From Candidatus Hermodarchaeota archaeon (GTDB lineage Archaea; Asgardarchaeota; Lokiarchaeia; Sigyniarchaeales; SOKP01): a stretch of 64,000 bases of DNA. Below the pieces are notes generated by a model. It saw nothing but the letters and a program-made list of their open reading frames with translations, did no database searches and was not told where the DNA came from. The stretch lies in NCBI GenBank assembly GCA_048885525.1, contig JBHLLP010000006.1:1-64000 (forward strand), in the 5' to 3' direction. Both the position numbers and the translations under genes were made by a program. Positions within the stretch are counted from its first letter, which is position 1. Each line of letters opens with the position of its first letter. Below are positions 1 through 9,429 of this stretch, in pieces.

Positions 1-279
1 AGATTGGAAATTATTAAAAGCTTAAAAAATGTTAAGGATGCTAGATTAGGAAGGAGTGATAATGATACACTTAAAACTGTTGAAGAAATCAATCCAGATA
101 TAATTCTTTTAGGACCAGATCAGAAATATAGTATTGAAATTCTTAAAAAGAAGCTTAAAGAAAAGGATTTAGCGTACATAGAGATTAGGAGACTTGAAAC
201 TTATTATGAGAAATATGATTTGCATAGTTCAAGTCTAATAAAACAAAAAATAATTGAAAAGTATAAAGAAAATAAATAA
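1..279 (+). CDS. ribL: FAD synthetase (archaeal cytidylyltransferase family), C-terminal part; 5' end lies outside the window
   Basis: Frame is open from base 1. PDIILLGPDQ and SSSLIK match the C-terminal motifs of the RibL/cytidylyltransferase family. Lies directly upstream of riboflavin kinase. Confidence 0.8.
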   Translation, partial: RLEIIKSLKNVKDARLGRSDNDTLKTVEEINPDIILLGPDQKYSIEILKKKLKEKDLAYIEIRRLETYYEKYDLHSSSLIKQKIIEKYKENK

Positions 280-292
280 ATCAACTGTGATA

Positions 293-1015
293 ATGGAATA
301 TAAAGAGAAAATTTCTTCAAATAATTATGCTAATTGGTTTGCGCTTTTTCATCTCTGCCAAAATATCGGAAGTCAAAAAGCTATTCATATAAGCAGTATA
401 GAATTTGGTAAAGTGCTCAATTTATCCCAACAAACTGCATCTCGGAGGATAACACATTTAGAAGAAATTGGTTGGATTCAAAGAAAGATTGTCGGAAAAG
501 AACAGATAATTAGAATTACAAAAAAAGGTGCTGATGTAATGCTCGCAATGTATAAAGATCTAAAACAAATTCTCGAAGATATCTTAATTGTTGGTGAAGT
601 CACTGAAGGAATTGGAGAAGGTGGTTATTATGTCAGAATTAGGGAATATTTTGAACAATTTAAAGAAAAATTAGGGTTTAAACCATATTTTGGGACACTG
701 AATTTACAATTAAATGACCTTAATAAAGAGTTATTAGAAGAAAATCTAAAAAATCGAATACCTTTTAGAATTCTAGGATTTGAGAAGGAGGAGGAGGGAT
801 ATATGAAACGAAAATACGGCTCTGTAGATTGTTATGATTGTGTTGTGTCTCGTTTAGATGATCAAAATAACAAAATAAAAGGGGCAATATTAAAGATTAA
901 AAGGACCCACCATAAAAAAAATATCGTGGAAATTTTAGCAGAACCCTATTTAAGAGATAAGCTTAAATTAAAAGACGGTGAACGTGTTAGAATTGAATTA
1001 ATGAAAAAAGAATAA
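293..1015 (+). CDS. ribK: CTP-dependent riboflavin kinase with N-terminal winged HTH (RbkR-type)
   Basis: HTH SQQTASRRITHLE, kinase motifs GIGEGGYY, PYFGTLN, RTHH..NIVEILAEPYLRDKL. ATG at 293 preferred over the TTG at 254, which overlaps ribL. Confidence 0.92.
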   Translation: MEYKEKISSNNYANWFALFHLCQNIGSQKAIHISSIEFGKVLNLSQQTASRRITHLEEIGWIQRKIVGKEQIIRITKKGADVMLAMYKDLKQILEDILIVGEVTEGIGEGGYYVRIREYFEQFKEKLGFKPYFGTLNLQLNDLNKELLEENLKNRIPFRILGFEKEEEGYMKRKYGSVDCYDCVVSRLDDQNNKIKGAILKIKRTHHKKNIVEILAEPYLRDKLKLKDGERVRIELMKKE

Positions 1016-1025
1016 AGCTATTCAT

Positions 1026-1655
1026 TCAAATGTTTTTCAGATTTTCTTCTTGTTTAATTTGATTCGATATTTTTTTAGCTCTATAAACATAGGTAATTGC
1101 AACAAGACACATATAAATAAATAAAAATTCAGCCGTAAATCCATAGAAAAAAGAGAGTAACATCGTTATGAAGAGATAAAATAACCTTTCAGATCTAGCC
1201 ATCAAGCCTATATCAAAATCTCCTTTGAAAAATACTTCCGCTCTTGCTCTACAATAACTAATCATAAAAGAAATAAAATATGAAATTAAAAGTATTATTT
1301 TCATATCAAAAAAACCCCATAAATAGTAATTCCAATTAAAAATAATAAGTCCCAAAAAAATAATGAATTCTGATATTCTATCCATTACAGAATCAAAAAA
1401 ACCGCCAAATTTACTTATTTGATTTTTTAACCTAGCAATAGCTCCATCACATCCATCCATAATCCCCGTTGTAAACACGAAAATCGAAAAAATTAAAAGA
1501 TTTTGAAATATTGATATCCAAATAAAACTTAAAATAGCAAAACAAAGCATAAAAATTGTTGCTAAATTTGGGGTCACTCCAATTTTAATTAACCCTTTGG
1601 ACAATAACTTTATTAATGGTGCGAATAAATATCGTAACCTATATTTTGAGGGCAT
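1026..1655 (-). CDS. CDP-alcohol phosphatidyltransferase (archaetidylinositol-phosphate synthase-like)
   Basis: TPN motif plus DGCDGAIAR...GGFFDSVMDRISE signature; SYCRARAE and RSER; multiple TM helices. Confidence 0.9.
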   Translation of the reverse strand: MPSKYRLRYLFAPLIKLLSKGLIKIGVTPNLATIFMLCFAILSFIWISIFQNLLIFSIFVFTTGIMDGCDGAIARLKNQISKFGGFFDSVMDRISEFIIFLGLIIFNWNYYLWGFFDMKIILLISYFISFMISYCRARAEVFFKGDFDIGLMARSERLFYLFITMLLSFFYGFTAEFLFIYMCLVAITYVYRAKKISNQIKQEENLKNI

Positions 1656-1763
1656 AAATAATATATTTTTAAATATTTTTATAATTCTTAAAATTATAAA
1701 TTTTATTTTAGTTATTTTACTTATATAATTAACTTATTTACACAAAATAGAGATTGAATACTC

Positions 1764-2069
1764 TTGAAATTACGTTTAATTTTAAAAACAACTACAAAGA
1801 AAAAAAAAGATGTAAGTTTGAAGTTCAATATTGCTCCAAGTAAACATATTGGGTTTATTAATTTTATAAACTTAGCTCTAAGTCAAGAATTACCAATAGA
1901 ATTATCTTTCGAAAAAATATCAAAAACAGGTGACCGAGAAGAAAGTAAAATATTTGGACAATTTAAACTTCAAGGTAAAGTAGATTCACAACTATACGAG
2001 TTAGAAGAGGAAATTCAGAATGAAGAACGAAAAAAAAGGAAACTTCAACAAAAAAGAAAACACCATTAA
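1764..2069 (+). CDS. hypothetical protein
   Basis: 101-aa ORF filling an intergenic gap; basic C-terminus; no recognised motif. Confidence 0.65.
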   Translation: MKLRLILKTTTKKKKDVSLKFNIAPSKHIGFINFINLALSQELPIELSFEKISKTGDREESKIFGQFKLQGKVDSQLYELEEEIQNEERKKRKLQQKRKHH

Positions 2070-2166
2070 AATTTTCCTTTTTTAAGTTACTCTTATAAAA
2101 GTAACATAACATTTACGACAAGTTTAGTGATTAAAAAAATCAGGGATTTAAATTGAACTTTCTTTT

Positions 2167-2916
2167 TTAATTAAAAGAAATAAATCCAAGTTTAATGAGA
2201 TTTTTACATACATTATAAACTTGATTTTGATTTAAATTTAAATACTGAGCAATTTGATTAATTGATTTTTTTCCATTTATTTGCTCGTAAACCTTACAAG
2301 AAGAATCTCCTGTTAAGTAGTATTTAGGATTAATTTTTTTAGAGGTTGTGAAATTGGGAATATAACCATAGAATTCGGGAGTCTCTTCTACATATTCTAC
2401 CTCTTTTTTATACTCTAACGGTTTTATATCATCAACTACAAAACTATTGAAAAATTCAAATATTTTATTGTTTGTTTCATCTTGATTTTTTCTATTTTCT
2501 TCTTCAAGAAATCTTTTAACAACATTTTCAAATGGTTTAAAATAATCTAGCTTTCCATTCCAGTTTGAAATTTGATCAATACTGAACTCATTCAAAAAAC
2601 TATTGGAAATTTTATGTAGAGTTTGTTGAACTTCTGTTAATTCTGATTTACTGTCATATGTAGCAAGATAGATTAAATCTGGTATATTTGAATCTTTTAA
2701 GAACGATACATTTAAATTATTATTTGATAATTTCAACTCAGAAATGGTTCCCATTTCATCAAATGAATCTGAAAAAGAATTCAATGCTGAAAAAAATCCA
2801 GATATCATAATGAGATCATCTTCTTGAGAAAGAAGATTTTTAATATTTGAATTTGAAAAATTCTTTGAGAATAAAGGTAATCCATCTTTAATTATTATAA
2901 CGTCGCAAATCATCAA
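2167..2916 (-). CDS. longin-like domain plus C-terminal winged helix (NPRL2-like architecture)
   Basis: N-terminal IIKDGLPLFSK...MISGFFSALNSFS...NWNGKLDYFKPFE pattern typical of Asgard longin domains; C-terminal INGKKSINQIA...VCKNLIKLGFISF winged helix. Confidence 0.75.
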   Translation of the reverse strand: MMICDVIIIKDGLPLFSKNFSNSNIKNLLSQEDDLIMISGFFSALNSFSDSFDEMGTISELKLSNNNLNVSFLKDSNIPDLIYLATYDSKSELTEVQQTLHKISNSFLNEFSIDQISNWNGKLDYFKPFENVVKRFLEEENRKNQDETNNKIFEFFNSFVVDDIKPLEYKKEVEYVEETPEFYGYIPNFTTSKKINPKYYLTGDSSCKVYEQINGKKSINQIAQYLNLNQNQVYNVCKNLIKLGFISFN

Positions 2917-3051
2917 TCTCAGAAATTAATCTCTCATATATTTAAAAATGTTTAAAAGTCATTTAATGATTTATAAGTATCTATTTAATTGAAAAAAAAA
3001 AGAATTATAATACATCTGTGATATCAGTGTAATATAACTAATCAATATATT

Positions 3052-4158
3052 ATGATTCACATACGAGCCCCCGGACGGATTACTCTATTTGGCGAACACC
3101 AAGATTACTTGCTCTATCCTACAATTTCCATGGCAATATCGAAATACATATATTTAGAAGCAAAAAAGATATCTAGACCATATCTTTCAATAGAACTTTT
3201 AGATTTAAATGAAAGTTATGAAATCAAATTAAATAATAAAGAATTGGAATATTTATCATATAGAGATTATCTCAGGAGTGCATATAATCAATGTATACGA
3301 AAAGGTTTTAGATTTCAAAGTGGGTATAATATTAAAATTACTGGAGACATCCCTATTAATGCAGGAGCTGCAAGTTCCTCAGCACTAGTTATAGCTTGGT
3401 TATTTTTTCTAAATTTAATCAGCATGGATCGTAAAAGAATAAATAGATTTCAATTATCATTAATGGGTTATGATACAGAAGTAAAAGAATTTAATGAAGC
3501 CGGCGGAATGATGGATCATTTTACTTCTGTTTATGGTGGACTAATATATTTAGAACAAAAAAAAAATCGACCTACAGTAATTAATAAAAATATAAAATTT
3601 GATGGTTTTGTTCTGGGTAATTCCTTAGAAAAAAAAGAAACTGTGGAAGATCTATTTAGAGTTAAAGACATTACAAAAAAGGCATTTATGGCAATTAAAA
3701 GAGTTATGCCAAAATTTAACCGATACATCTCTTCATTAGAAGAAATAAAGGAATATTTACCTAATCTTAAAAAAGAATATCAGAAAAAAATAATTGGAAA
3801 TATCATTAATCGTGATATAACTATTGAGGCAAGAAAATTGATATTTAATGGCTTTTTTAATGAAGAAATTAAAGATAATAGGTTTAGAAACAATTTCTAT
3901 ATGAGACTAGGAACTTTATTGAATATGCATCATTATCAATTAAGAGAGAATATTGAAGTATCAACAGAAAAAATTGATAAAATGATATTAAATTGCGTAG
4001 AAACAGGTGCGTTAGGAGCAAAAATTAATGGTTCTGGCTTTGGAGGTACTATGTTTGCGTTTTTTCCTGATAATGAAGATCGACTTGTTAGGGTTATCGA
4101 AAAAATAGGTGGAGAAGCATTTAAAATAGAAACAAGTAGTGGTGTGGAGATCTATTGA
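3052..4158 (+). CDS. GHMP-family sugar kinase (galactokinase-like)
   Basis: APGRITLFGEHQDY, PINAGAASSSA, GMMDH and GAKINGSGFGG motifs. Confidence 0.9.
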   Translation: MIHIRAPGRITLFGEHQDYLLYPTISMAISKYIYLEAKKISRPYLSIELLDLNESYEIKLNNKELEYLSYRDYLRSAYNQCIRKGFRFQSGYNIKITGDIPINAGAASSSALVIAWLFFLNLISMDRKRINRFQLSLMGYDTEVKEFNEAGGMMDHFTSVYGGLIYLEQKKNRPTVINKNIKFDGFVLGNSLEKKETVEDLFRVKDITKKAFMAIKRVMPKFNRYISSLEEIKEYLPNLKKEYQKKIIGNIINRDITIEARKLIFNGFFNEEIKDNRFRNNFYMRLGTLLNMHHYQLRENIEVSTEKIDKMILNCVETGALGAKINGSGFGGTMFAFFPDNEDRLVRVIEKIGGEAFKIETSSGVEIY

Positions 4159-4910
4159 AAGCTGTTATATTATGTGCTGGTTTAGGAAAACGTTTAAGAC
4201 CTTATACAGAAGCAATCCAGAAATCAATGATATATATTCATGGTAAGCCATTACTAGAACATATCATTAATGGATTAATCTATACAGGTTTTAATAATCT
4301 AATAATTGTTGTGGGTTATCGAAAAGAGCAAATTATAGAATATTTTAATGATGGAAATAAGTGGGGGATAAAAATTGAATATATTGAACAAAAAACCCTT
4401 GACGGTACAGGTGGAGCAGTATTACTATGTGAGGATTTAATTAAAGATTCTCATTTTTTTTTAACTTGGGGTGATATCTTAGTACCATATTCTATATATA
4501 AAGAAATTTCTGAAATATTTAAAAAAAAGAACCAAGATTTTTTATTAGTTGCAAATTATACGAGAGATCCATATAAAGGTGGAGCTATTTACTGTAAAAA
4601 TGATTATTTACTAGATATTGTAGAAAAACCACCGAAAGGTAAATCTAAATCCAACCTTAATAATTGTGGAATTTTCATATTCTCATCAGAAATTTTTGAA
4701 GTCCTAAAAACTCTTAAACCTTCTAAACGAGGTGAAATTGAATTAACAGACGCAATAAGGAATGGAATTAATTTAAGGAAATGGAACATTAGAGTTATTA
4801 AAATGAAAAAGAATCAATTTAGAGGAGATTTTGGAAATAAATCAACTTATGAGAAATTATCTAAAGACTCAAATTGGCTGAGTGAATTAATTAATAATTC
4901 TAAGGATTAA
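4155..4910 (+). CDS. sugar-phosphate nucleotidyltransferase
   Basis: LCAGLGKRLRP, EQ..LDGTGGAV, EKP and RGEIELTDAI motifs. Its start overlaps the kinase stop (TTGA), implying translational coupling. Confidence 0.9.
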   Translation: MKAVILCAGLGKRLRPYTEAIQKSMIYIHGKPLLEHIINGLIYTGFNNLIIVVGYRKEQIIEYFNDGNKWGIKIEYIEQKTLDGTGGAVLLCEDLIKDSHFFLTWGDILVPYSIYKEISEIFKKKNQDFLLVANYTRDPYKGGAIYCKNDYLLDIVEKPPKGKSKSNLNNCGIFIFSSEIFEVLKTLKPSKRGEIELTDAIRNGINLRKWNIRVIKMKKNQFRGDFGNKSTYEKLSKDSNWLSELINNSKD

Positions 4911-5022
4911 TAATAATAATTCGAAATTAAAACATTTAATTCAAAACTTAAATAAAAAGAGATTAAAAATATATTAATAAACTAAATACATTCTAGATCC
5001 ATTTTTCACACAAATGGTTTAA

Positions 5023-6633
5023 ATGAGGATAAGAACCCGTAAGAATCTTAAGAAAAAAAATGCCGCAATAACTTTTTTATTCTTACTTCCGTTAATTGGA
5101 ATAGGGGCTTATGCGGGATTATGTCTTTACATAATAGATGATATAGCTTCTTTTACATTGAAATTAGATCCACCTAAAACAGAATATTTTTATAATTTAG
5201 ATGAGATCTTAGGAAATATAACTTATCTAGAGAAAATGGCTAATATTTATGATAATCAGATGGAACAATTTCATATGCCTACAAATATTAGCGTAGATAT
5301 AACATTTACAAACGATAATTATACTGAAGTTGATACTTGGCATATGACTGATAATGGTGCTTTAAAAATTGGTTATACTCTAGCCTCACAATGCTTTCGA
5401 TATCAAGCAGCTGTAAATGAAGGAGATAGTAATGAATTAATAAATGCGACTAGAATGGTTAAAAAATGTGTGTCCGCTTTTAGCAATATGCTTGCTGCTC
5501 CTAATGGAGGTATTGGTCCGAATTACCCGGGAACTCCTGCAAGGTTTGTTTGTGCTCCAGAAAACCGAAAATACCATCCTTGGATTTTTGAAAAAGATGA
5601 ACGACATTTCAATGGCACCGGAGAATACAAAAAATGGCGAGTTCGACTTCATACAAGTAGAGATGAACTTGCGGGTTATTATTTAGGTTTTGCGTGTGTT
5701 TTAAGATTTATTGATCCTAATATTAATCATGATAGTAAATGGTGTGTAGACCGCGTTAAATTGCTAGTTGAACAAATGATCGAAGGATTTAAAAAAACCA
5801 ATTGGTTGGTTTTAGGTGGAGAAGGTGAACCAGTTGGTTCTGATTTAAATCCATATGGTGAAGGCAGTGCTTGGCAGTTAACTCTACTTCGAATAGGTGC
5901 TACAGCCCTACCTGAGAAATATGATTCTTTATATCAATATGCAGCAACTAAAATGTTATCTATGAATGAAGCTGCTATGGGAGGGAAACAACATAGCTTT
6001 TATAATACATATGCACTTGCTTTTGGTATGGATGTTGAAATTGCTTTAATTATCCTGGAAGATAATCCTTTATTACAATATCATTATATCAAAAATTTTG
6101 AAAATAAGTTTTATAAATATATAAAATATCATCGTAACGCCTTTTTTAATATTGGACATCTAGTATTTATGACATTAATAGAAAATCCATCTAAATTTGA
6201 AAATCCGAATTATAGTGATGAAATGATAAGATGGGACATACTTGATCAGTTATGGAGATTCAACACTTCTGGATGGGGGAATGGGATTAGAAATTACAAT
6301 CTCACAGTAAGACCAAACTCTACACGAATGACCAGTCTTAATCCTGAAATTGCTAAAGGGGAAATTGAACTTAACAAGGAAAAGTGGCGAGACTTCTTTG
6401 ATAATAATGTTTATGGAAGTCTTTTTTCTTGGCTTGAAGATGAATTCGATTTTGAAGATGATTTGTACATTGTACCTTTAACAGTTTCGGAAAGGGGAAT
6501 AGATAGTTTCCTTTGGGAGAGTAGTAACTTCTATGACGAAGGAGGAAATCCCAGTGGAAATGGACTTAGTCAAGCTGTACCTACATCTTACCTTGTTGTG
6601 TATTGGATGGGAAAAGCATTCAATATTTTTTAG
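5023..6633 (+). CDS. N-terminally anchored extracellular protein, possibly an alpha/alpha-barrel enzyme
   Basis: Basic N-terminus plus one TM helix; several N-x-S/T sequons; aromatic/acidic motifs (DNGA, TSRDELAGY, FLWE). Confidence 0.7.
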   Translation: MRIRTRKNLKKKNAAITFLFLLPLIGIGAYAGLCLYIIDDIASFTLKLDPPKTEYFYNLDEILGNITYLEKMANIYDNQMEQFHMPTNISVDITFTNDNYTEVDTWHMTDNGALKIGYTLASQCFRYQAAVNEGDSNELINATRMVKKCVSAFSNMLAAPNGGIGPNYPGTPARFVCAPENRKYHPWIFEKDERHFNGTGEYKKWRVRLHTSRDELAGYYLGFACVLRFIDPNINHDSKWCVDRVKLLVEQMIEGFKKTNWLVLGGEGEPVGSDLNPYGEGSAWQLTLLRIGATALPEKYDSLYQYAATKMLSMNEAAMGGKQHSFYNTYALAFGMDVEIALIILEDNPLLQYHYIKNFENKFYKYIKYHRNAFFNIGHLVFMTLIENPSKFENPNYSDEMIRWDILDQLWRFNTSGWGNGIRNYNLTVRPNSTRMTSLNPEIAKGEIELNKEKWRDFFDNNVYGSLFSWLEDEFDFEDDLYIVPLTVSERGIDSFLWESSNFYDEGGNPSGNGLSQAVPTSYLVVYWMGKAFNIF

Positions 6634-6826
6634 TATATATAAATTAAAGGTCTTATTAAGCAAAACCCCTAGAGATTTAAATTTCTGATTGATATAATAA
6701 AAATCTTGGAAGAAAAATTTAGCCCTTTTTATATCAGATATTAGATTAGTATTTGAATTAACCATCTAAAGATCTTCATGTTAATTATTACTTAAAAATA
6801 ATTATATAAACAAAGGGAACTATAGG

Positions 6827-7342
6827 TTGGAACAAATTATAGAGAAAAAGAGAATGATTATCTTCTGTGATCATGCTAATTTATTTCATAACATTGAACA
6901 ACTAAAAATTAGGATTGATTATTTAAAATTAAAGAAACTTTTTACCCGAAATTATCATTTAATAGGTTTTATTATCTATATGGGAATTCCTGATAAAATT
7001 TTACCTAAAAAAATAAAATTTTTGAATTATTTAAAAGCTCAAGGATTTATAATTCAACCAAAACGGGTGATAATCTCTCCAACGGGAATAAAAAAGCAAA
7101 AGGGAGTAGATATTTTTATATATAAAGATATTGTAGAACTAGCTGAAGAAGACTCATATGATAAAGCTGTTTTAATAAGCGGTGACTCAGATTTTCTTGA
7201 CGTTATAAAAAAACTTAAAGAATTAAAGAAAGATATTGAGATTTGGAGTTTTAAGAAATCAATCTCGCGAGCTTTAATAGAAGAAGCCGGACAAGAAAAT
7301 GTTCATTATATTGACACAATCTTAGATGAAATTAAATATTAA
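6827..7342 (+). CDS. NYN/LabA-DUF88 family PIN-domain ribonuclease
   Basis: FCDHANL, KQKGVDI and ISGDSDF acidic PIN motifs. Confidence 0.9.
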   Translation: MEQIIEKKRMIIFCDHANLFHNIEQLKIRIDYLKLKKLFTRNYHLIGFIIYMGIPDKILPKKIKFLNYLKAQGFIIQPKRVIISPTGIKKQKGVDIFIYKDIVELAEEDSYDKAVLISGDSDFLDVIKKLKELKKDIEIWSFKKSISRALIEEAGQENVHYIDTILDEIKY

Positions 7343-7416
7343 CCCATAAAAAAGTTATGAGTTTAAAAATAAAAATTAAGAATAATGATCGTTTTTTTGA
7401 ACAATTTTCTCCTAAC

Positions 7417-7502
7417 AGAGAGAATGGTGAGAAGTTTTTCTAATTAAGTCATTCGCTAATCATCTTTTCCCTTCGAAAAAATTCTTCTCAAAAATTCTCT
7501 CT
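7417..7502. repeat. long imperfect inverted repeat (stem-loop)
   Basis: AGAGAGAAT-GG-TGAGAAG-TTTTTC pairs with GAAAAA-ATT-CTTCTCA-AAA-ATTCTCTCT around a loop of about 34 nt; a T-tract follows on the + strand. Confidence 0.6.
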
Positions 7503-7654
7503 CTTTTTTTCTGTTTTCAACTTTATTATGGCTATTTAGAGAAAGCTTTTTAAGTATTTAACTTGATAAAAATTGGACTCTTTAAATTATAATAGCAAAG
7601 ATTTATTATTTTCAAGTATAATAAAATCTAATACTAAAATTTTAACTGATAAAA

Positions 7655-8221
7655 ATGAGTGAAGATAAATATAGGCACCGATATTATTATAAAGAAACTT
7701 ATGAAGCAGCAATAGGAACTTTTGCCGTTGCAATTGTTTTTCTTTTTGTTGCGATTTTATCGTTGTTCTTAAGAGCTCTTAATAATCCATTCATAGGTCT
7801 CGCATGGTGGGGGTATTGGCTTTTTATTCCCGCTTTTTTCATCTTCATTGGAGGATTTGAGCAACTTTATAGGAACTATAAATATAAACAAATAGTTAAA
7901 AATGCTGTAGCTCAACGAAACTTCCAAGGCACATACAAACTTGAACATATCGCATTAGAAATAGGTATGAAACCTGGTATATTACTCCGAGTATTAGTAG
8001 ATCTAAGAAATCAAGGCTTTTTAAAATATAGTTTTGATCCTGATTCAGGACAAATTATCTTAGGCCAAGCAGTAACATATATTCCTTCAACTGAATACGT
8101 TCAACCTCCTAAAAAGATAGAAGAACCATTATCAACAGAAGGGAAAAACTTTTGCGTTTATTGTGGACAAAAACTTGAAACTAGTGGAAGCTTTTGTCCA
8201 AATTGTGGATCTAAACTCTAA
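7655..8221 (+). CDS. two-TM protein with PCI-like winged helix and C-terminal double zinc ribbon
   Basis: Two hydrophobic helices; YKLEHIALEIGM...LVDLRNQGFLKYSFDPDSGQII; CVYCG...CPNCG. Confidence 0.8.
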   Translation: MSEDKYRHRYYYKETYEAAIGTFAVAIVFLFVAILSLFLRALNNPFIGLAWWGYWLFIPAFFIFIGGFEQLYRNYKYKQIVKNAVAQRNFQGTYKLEHIALEIGMKPGILLRVLVDLRNQGFLKYSFDPDSGQIILGQAVTYIPSTEYVQPPKKIEEPLSTEGKNFCVYCGQKLETSGSFCPNCGSKL

Positions 8222-8364
8222 GTATTTTTAAAATTATTTTGTTTTTTCTTTTTATATAAGTCCTTTTGGTCATATTTAATCATTTAAATTGTTCCAGAAA
8301 TTATTAGTTCGTCTTAAAATGATAATATAAATAAATCAAAAAATCAAGAGTAACTCTTGTTAAA

Positions 8365-9390
8365 ATGAAAAATTTTCTTATCCCTAAACCAAAATCTGGA
8401 GGGTTAATCCTTTCTTATAAATGTAGTGGCAAATGTAAACATTGTATGTATTTTGGATCTCCTAAATGGAGCGGTGATTGGATTACTGTAAAAGATTTGG
8501 TAGAAATATTAACTCAATTATCAAATACAATACAAGAATCTCCATATGGTTCTGAAAATGTGAGTCTTAATTATGGAATTCATTTTACTGGTGGCGAACC
8601 ATTTCTAAATTATGATCTTTTATTAAAAGCTGTGGAAATTGGTAAAAGTCTAAATATACCATCAATATTTGTAGAAACAAATTGTTTTTGGTGCAAAAAT
8701 GATAATATTACAAAAGAAAGACTAGTTGAACTAAAAAAAAATGGATTAAATGGAATTTTAATAAGTGTAAACCCTTTCATCTTAGAATTCGTACCTTTTG
8801 AACACACAGAACGAGCAATAAGATTAAGTATGGAGGTTTTTAGAAGTAATTTAATGATATATCAATTATATTATTATAGTCAATTTAAAGAATTAAATAT
8901 TAAAGAAAAACTTCCTCTTGAAAAATATCTTCAATTAATTAGTATAGATGATTTGAAACGAAGAGTCGAGTTATTTAAGATGGGGCGGGCTGCTTATAAA
9001 CTTCAAAATTTATATAAAAAATATCAAATAAATTCCTTTTTTAATGAGAATTGTGCTACAGAGTTAGTACGAAATTGGCATTGTCATTTTGATAATTATG
9101 GAAATTATATGCCAGGTTATTGTGGTGGACTTTCTTGGGGCGATATTAGAAATCTGGATTCTCTTTCTACTGATGGGATTAACCTTGATGAATATCCTAT
9201 ATTAAGATCTTTAATTATTGGAAGATTTAAAGAACTCTATAAATTTTCAGTAAATAAATTTGGATATAATTATAAAAAAGAAGGATACATATCAAAATGC
9301 CATGCTTGTTTTGATATTAGAAGGCATTTAATATTAAAGAGTGATCAATTTAAAGAATTAAATCCCACTCAATATTACTTACATATTTAA
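8365..9390 (+). CDS. radical SAM protein
   Basis: CSGKCKHC, FTGGEPF, VETNCFW; C-terminal Cys cluster (CHAC). Confidence 0.9.
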   Translation: MKNFLIPKPKSGGLILSYKCSGKCKHCMYFGSPKWSGDWITVKDLVEILTQLSNTIQESPYGSENVSLNYGIHFTGGEPFLNYDLLLKAVEIGKSLNIPSIFVETNCFWCKNDNITKERLVELKKNGLNGILISVNPFILEFVPFEHTERAIRLSMEVFRSNLMIYQLYYYSQFKELNIKEKLPLEKYLQLISIDDLKRRVELFKMGRAAYKLQNLYKKYQINSFFNENCATELVRNWHCHFDNYGNYMPGYCGGLSWGDIRNLDSLSTDGINLDEYPILRSLIIGRFKELYKFSVNKFGYNYKKEGYISKCHACFDIRRHLILKSDQFKELNPTQYYLHI

Positions 9391-9429
9391 AAAAAAAAGT
9401 TTACTTAGTTTTTGAGATTATTTTTAGTG

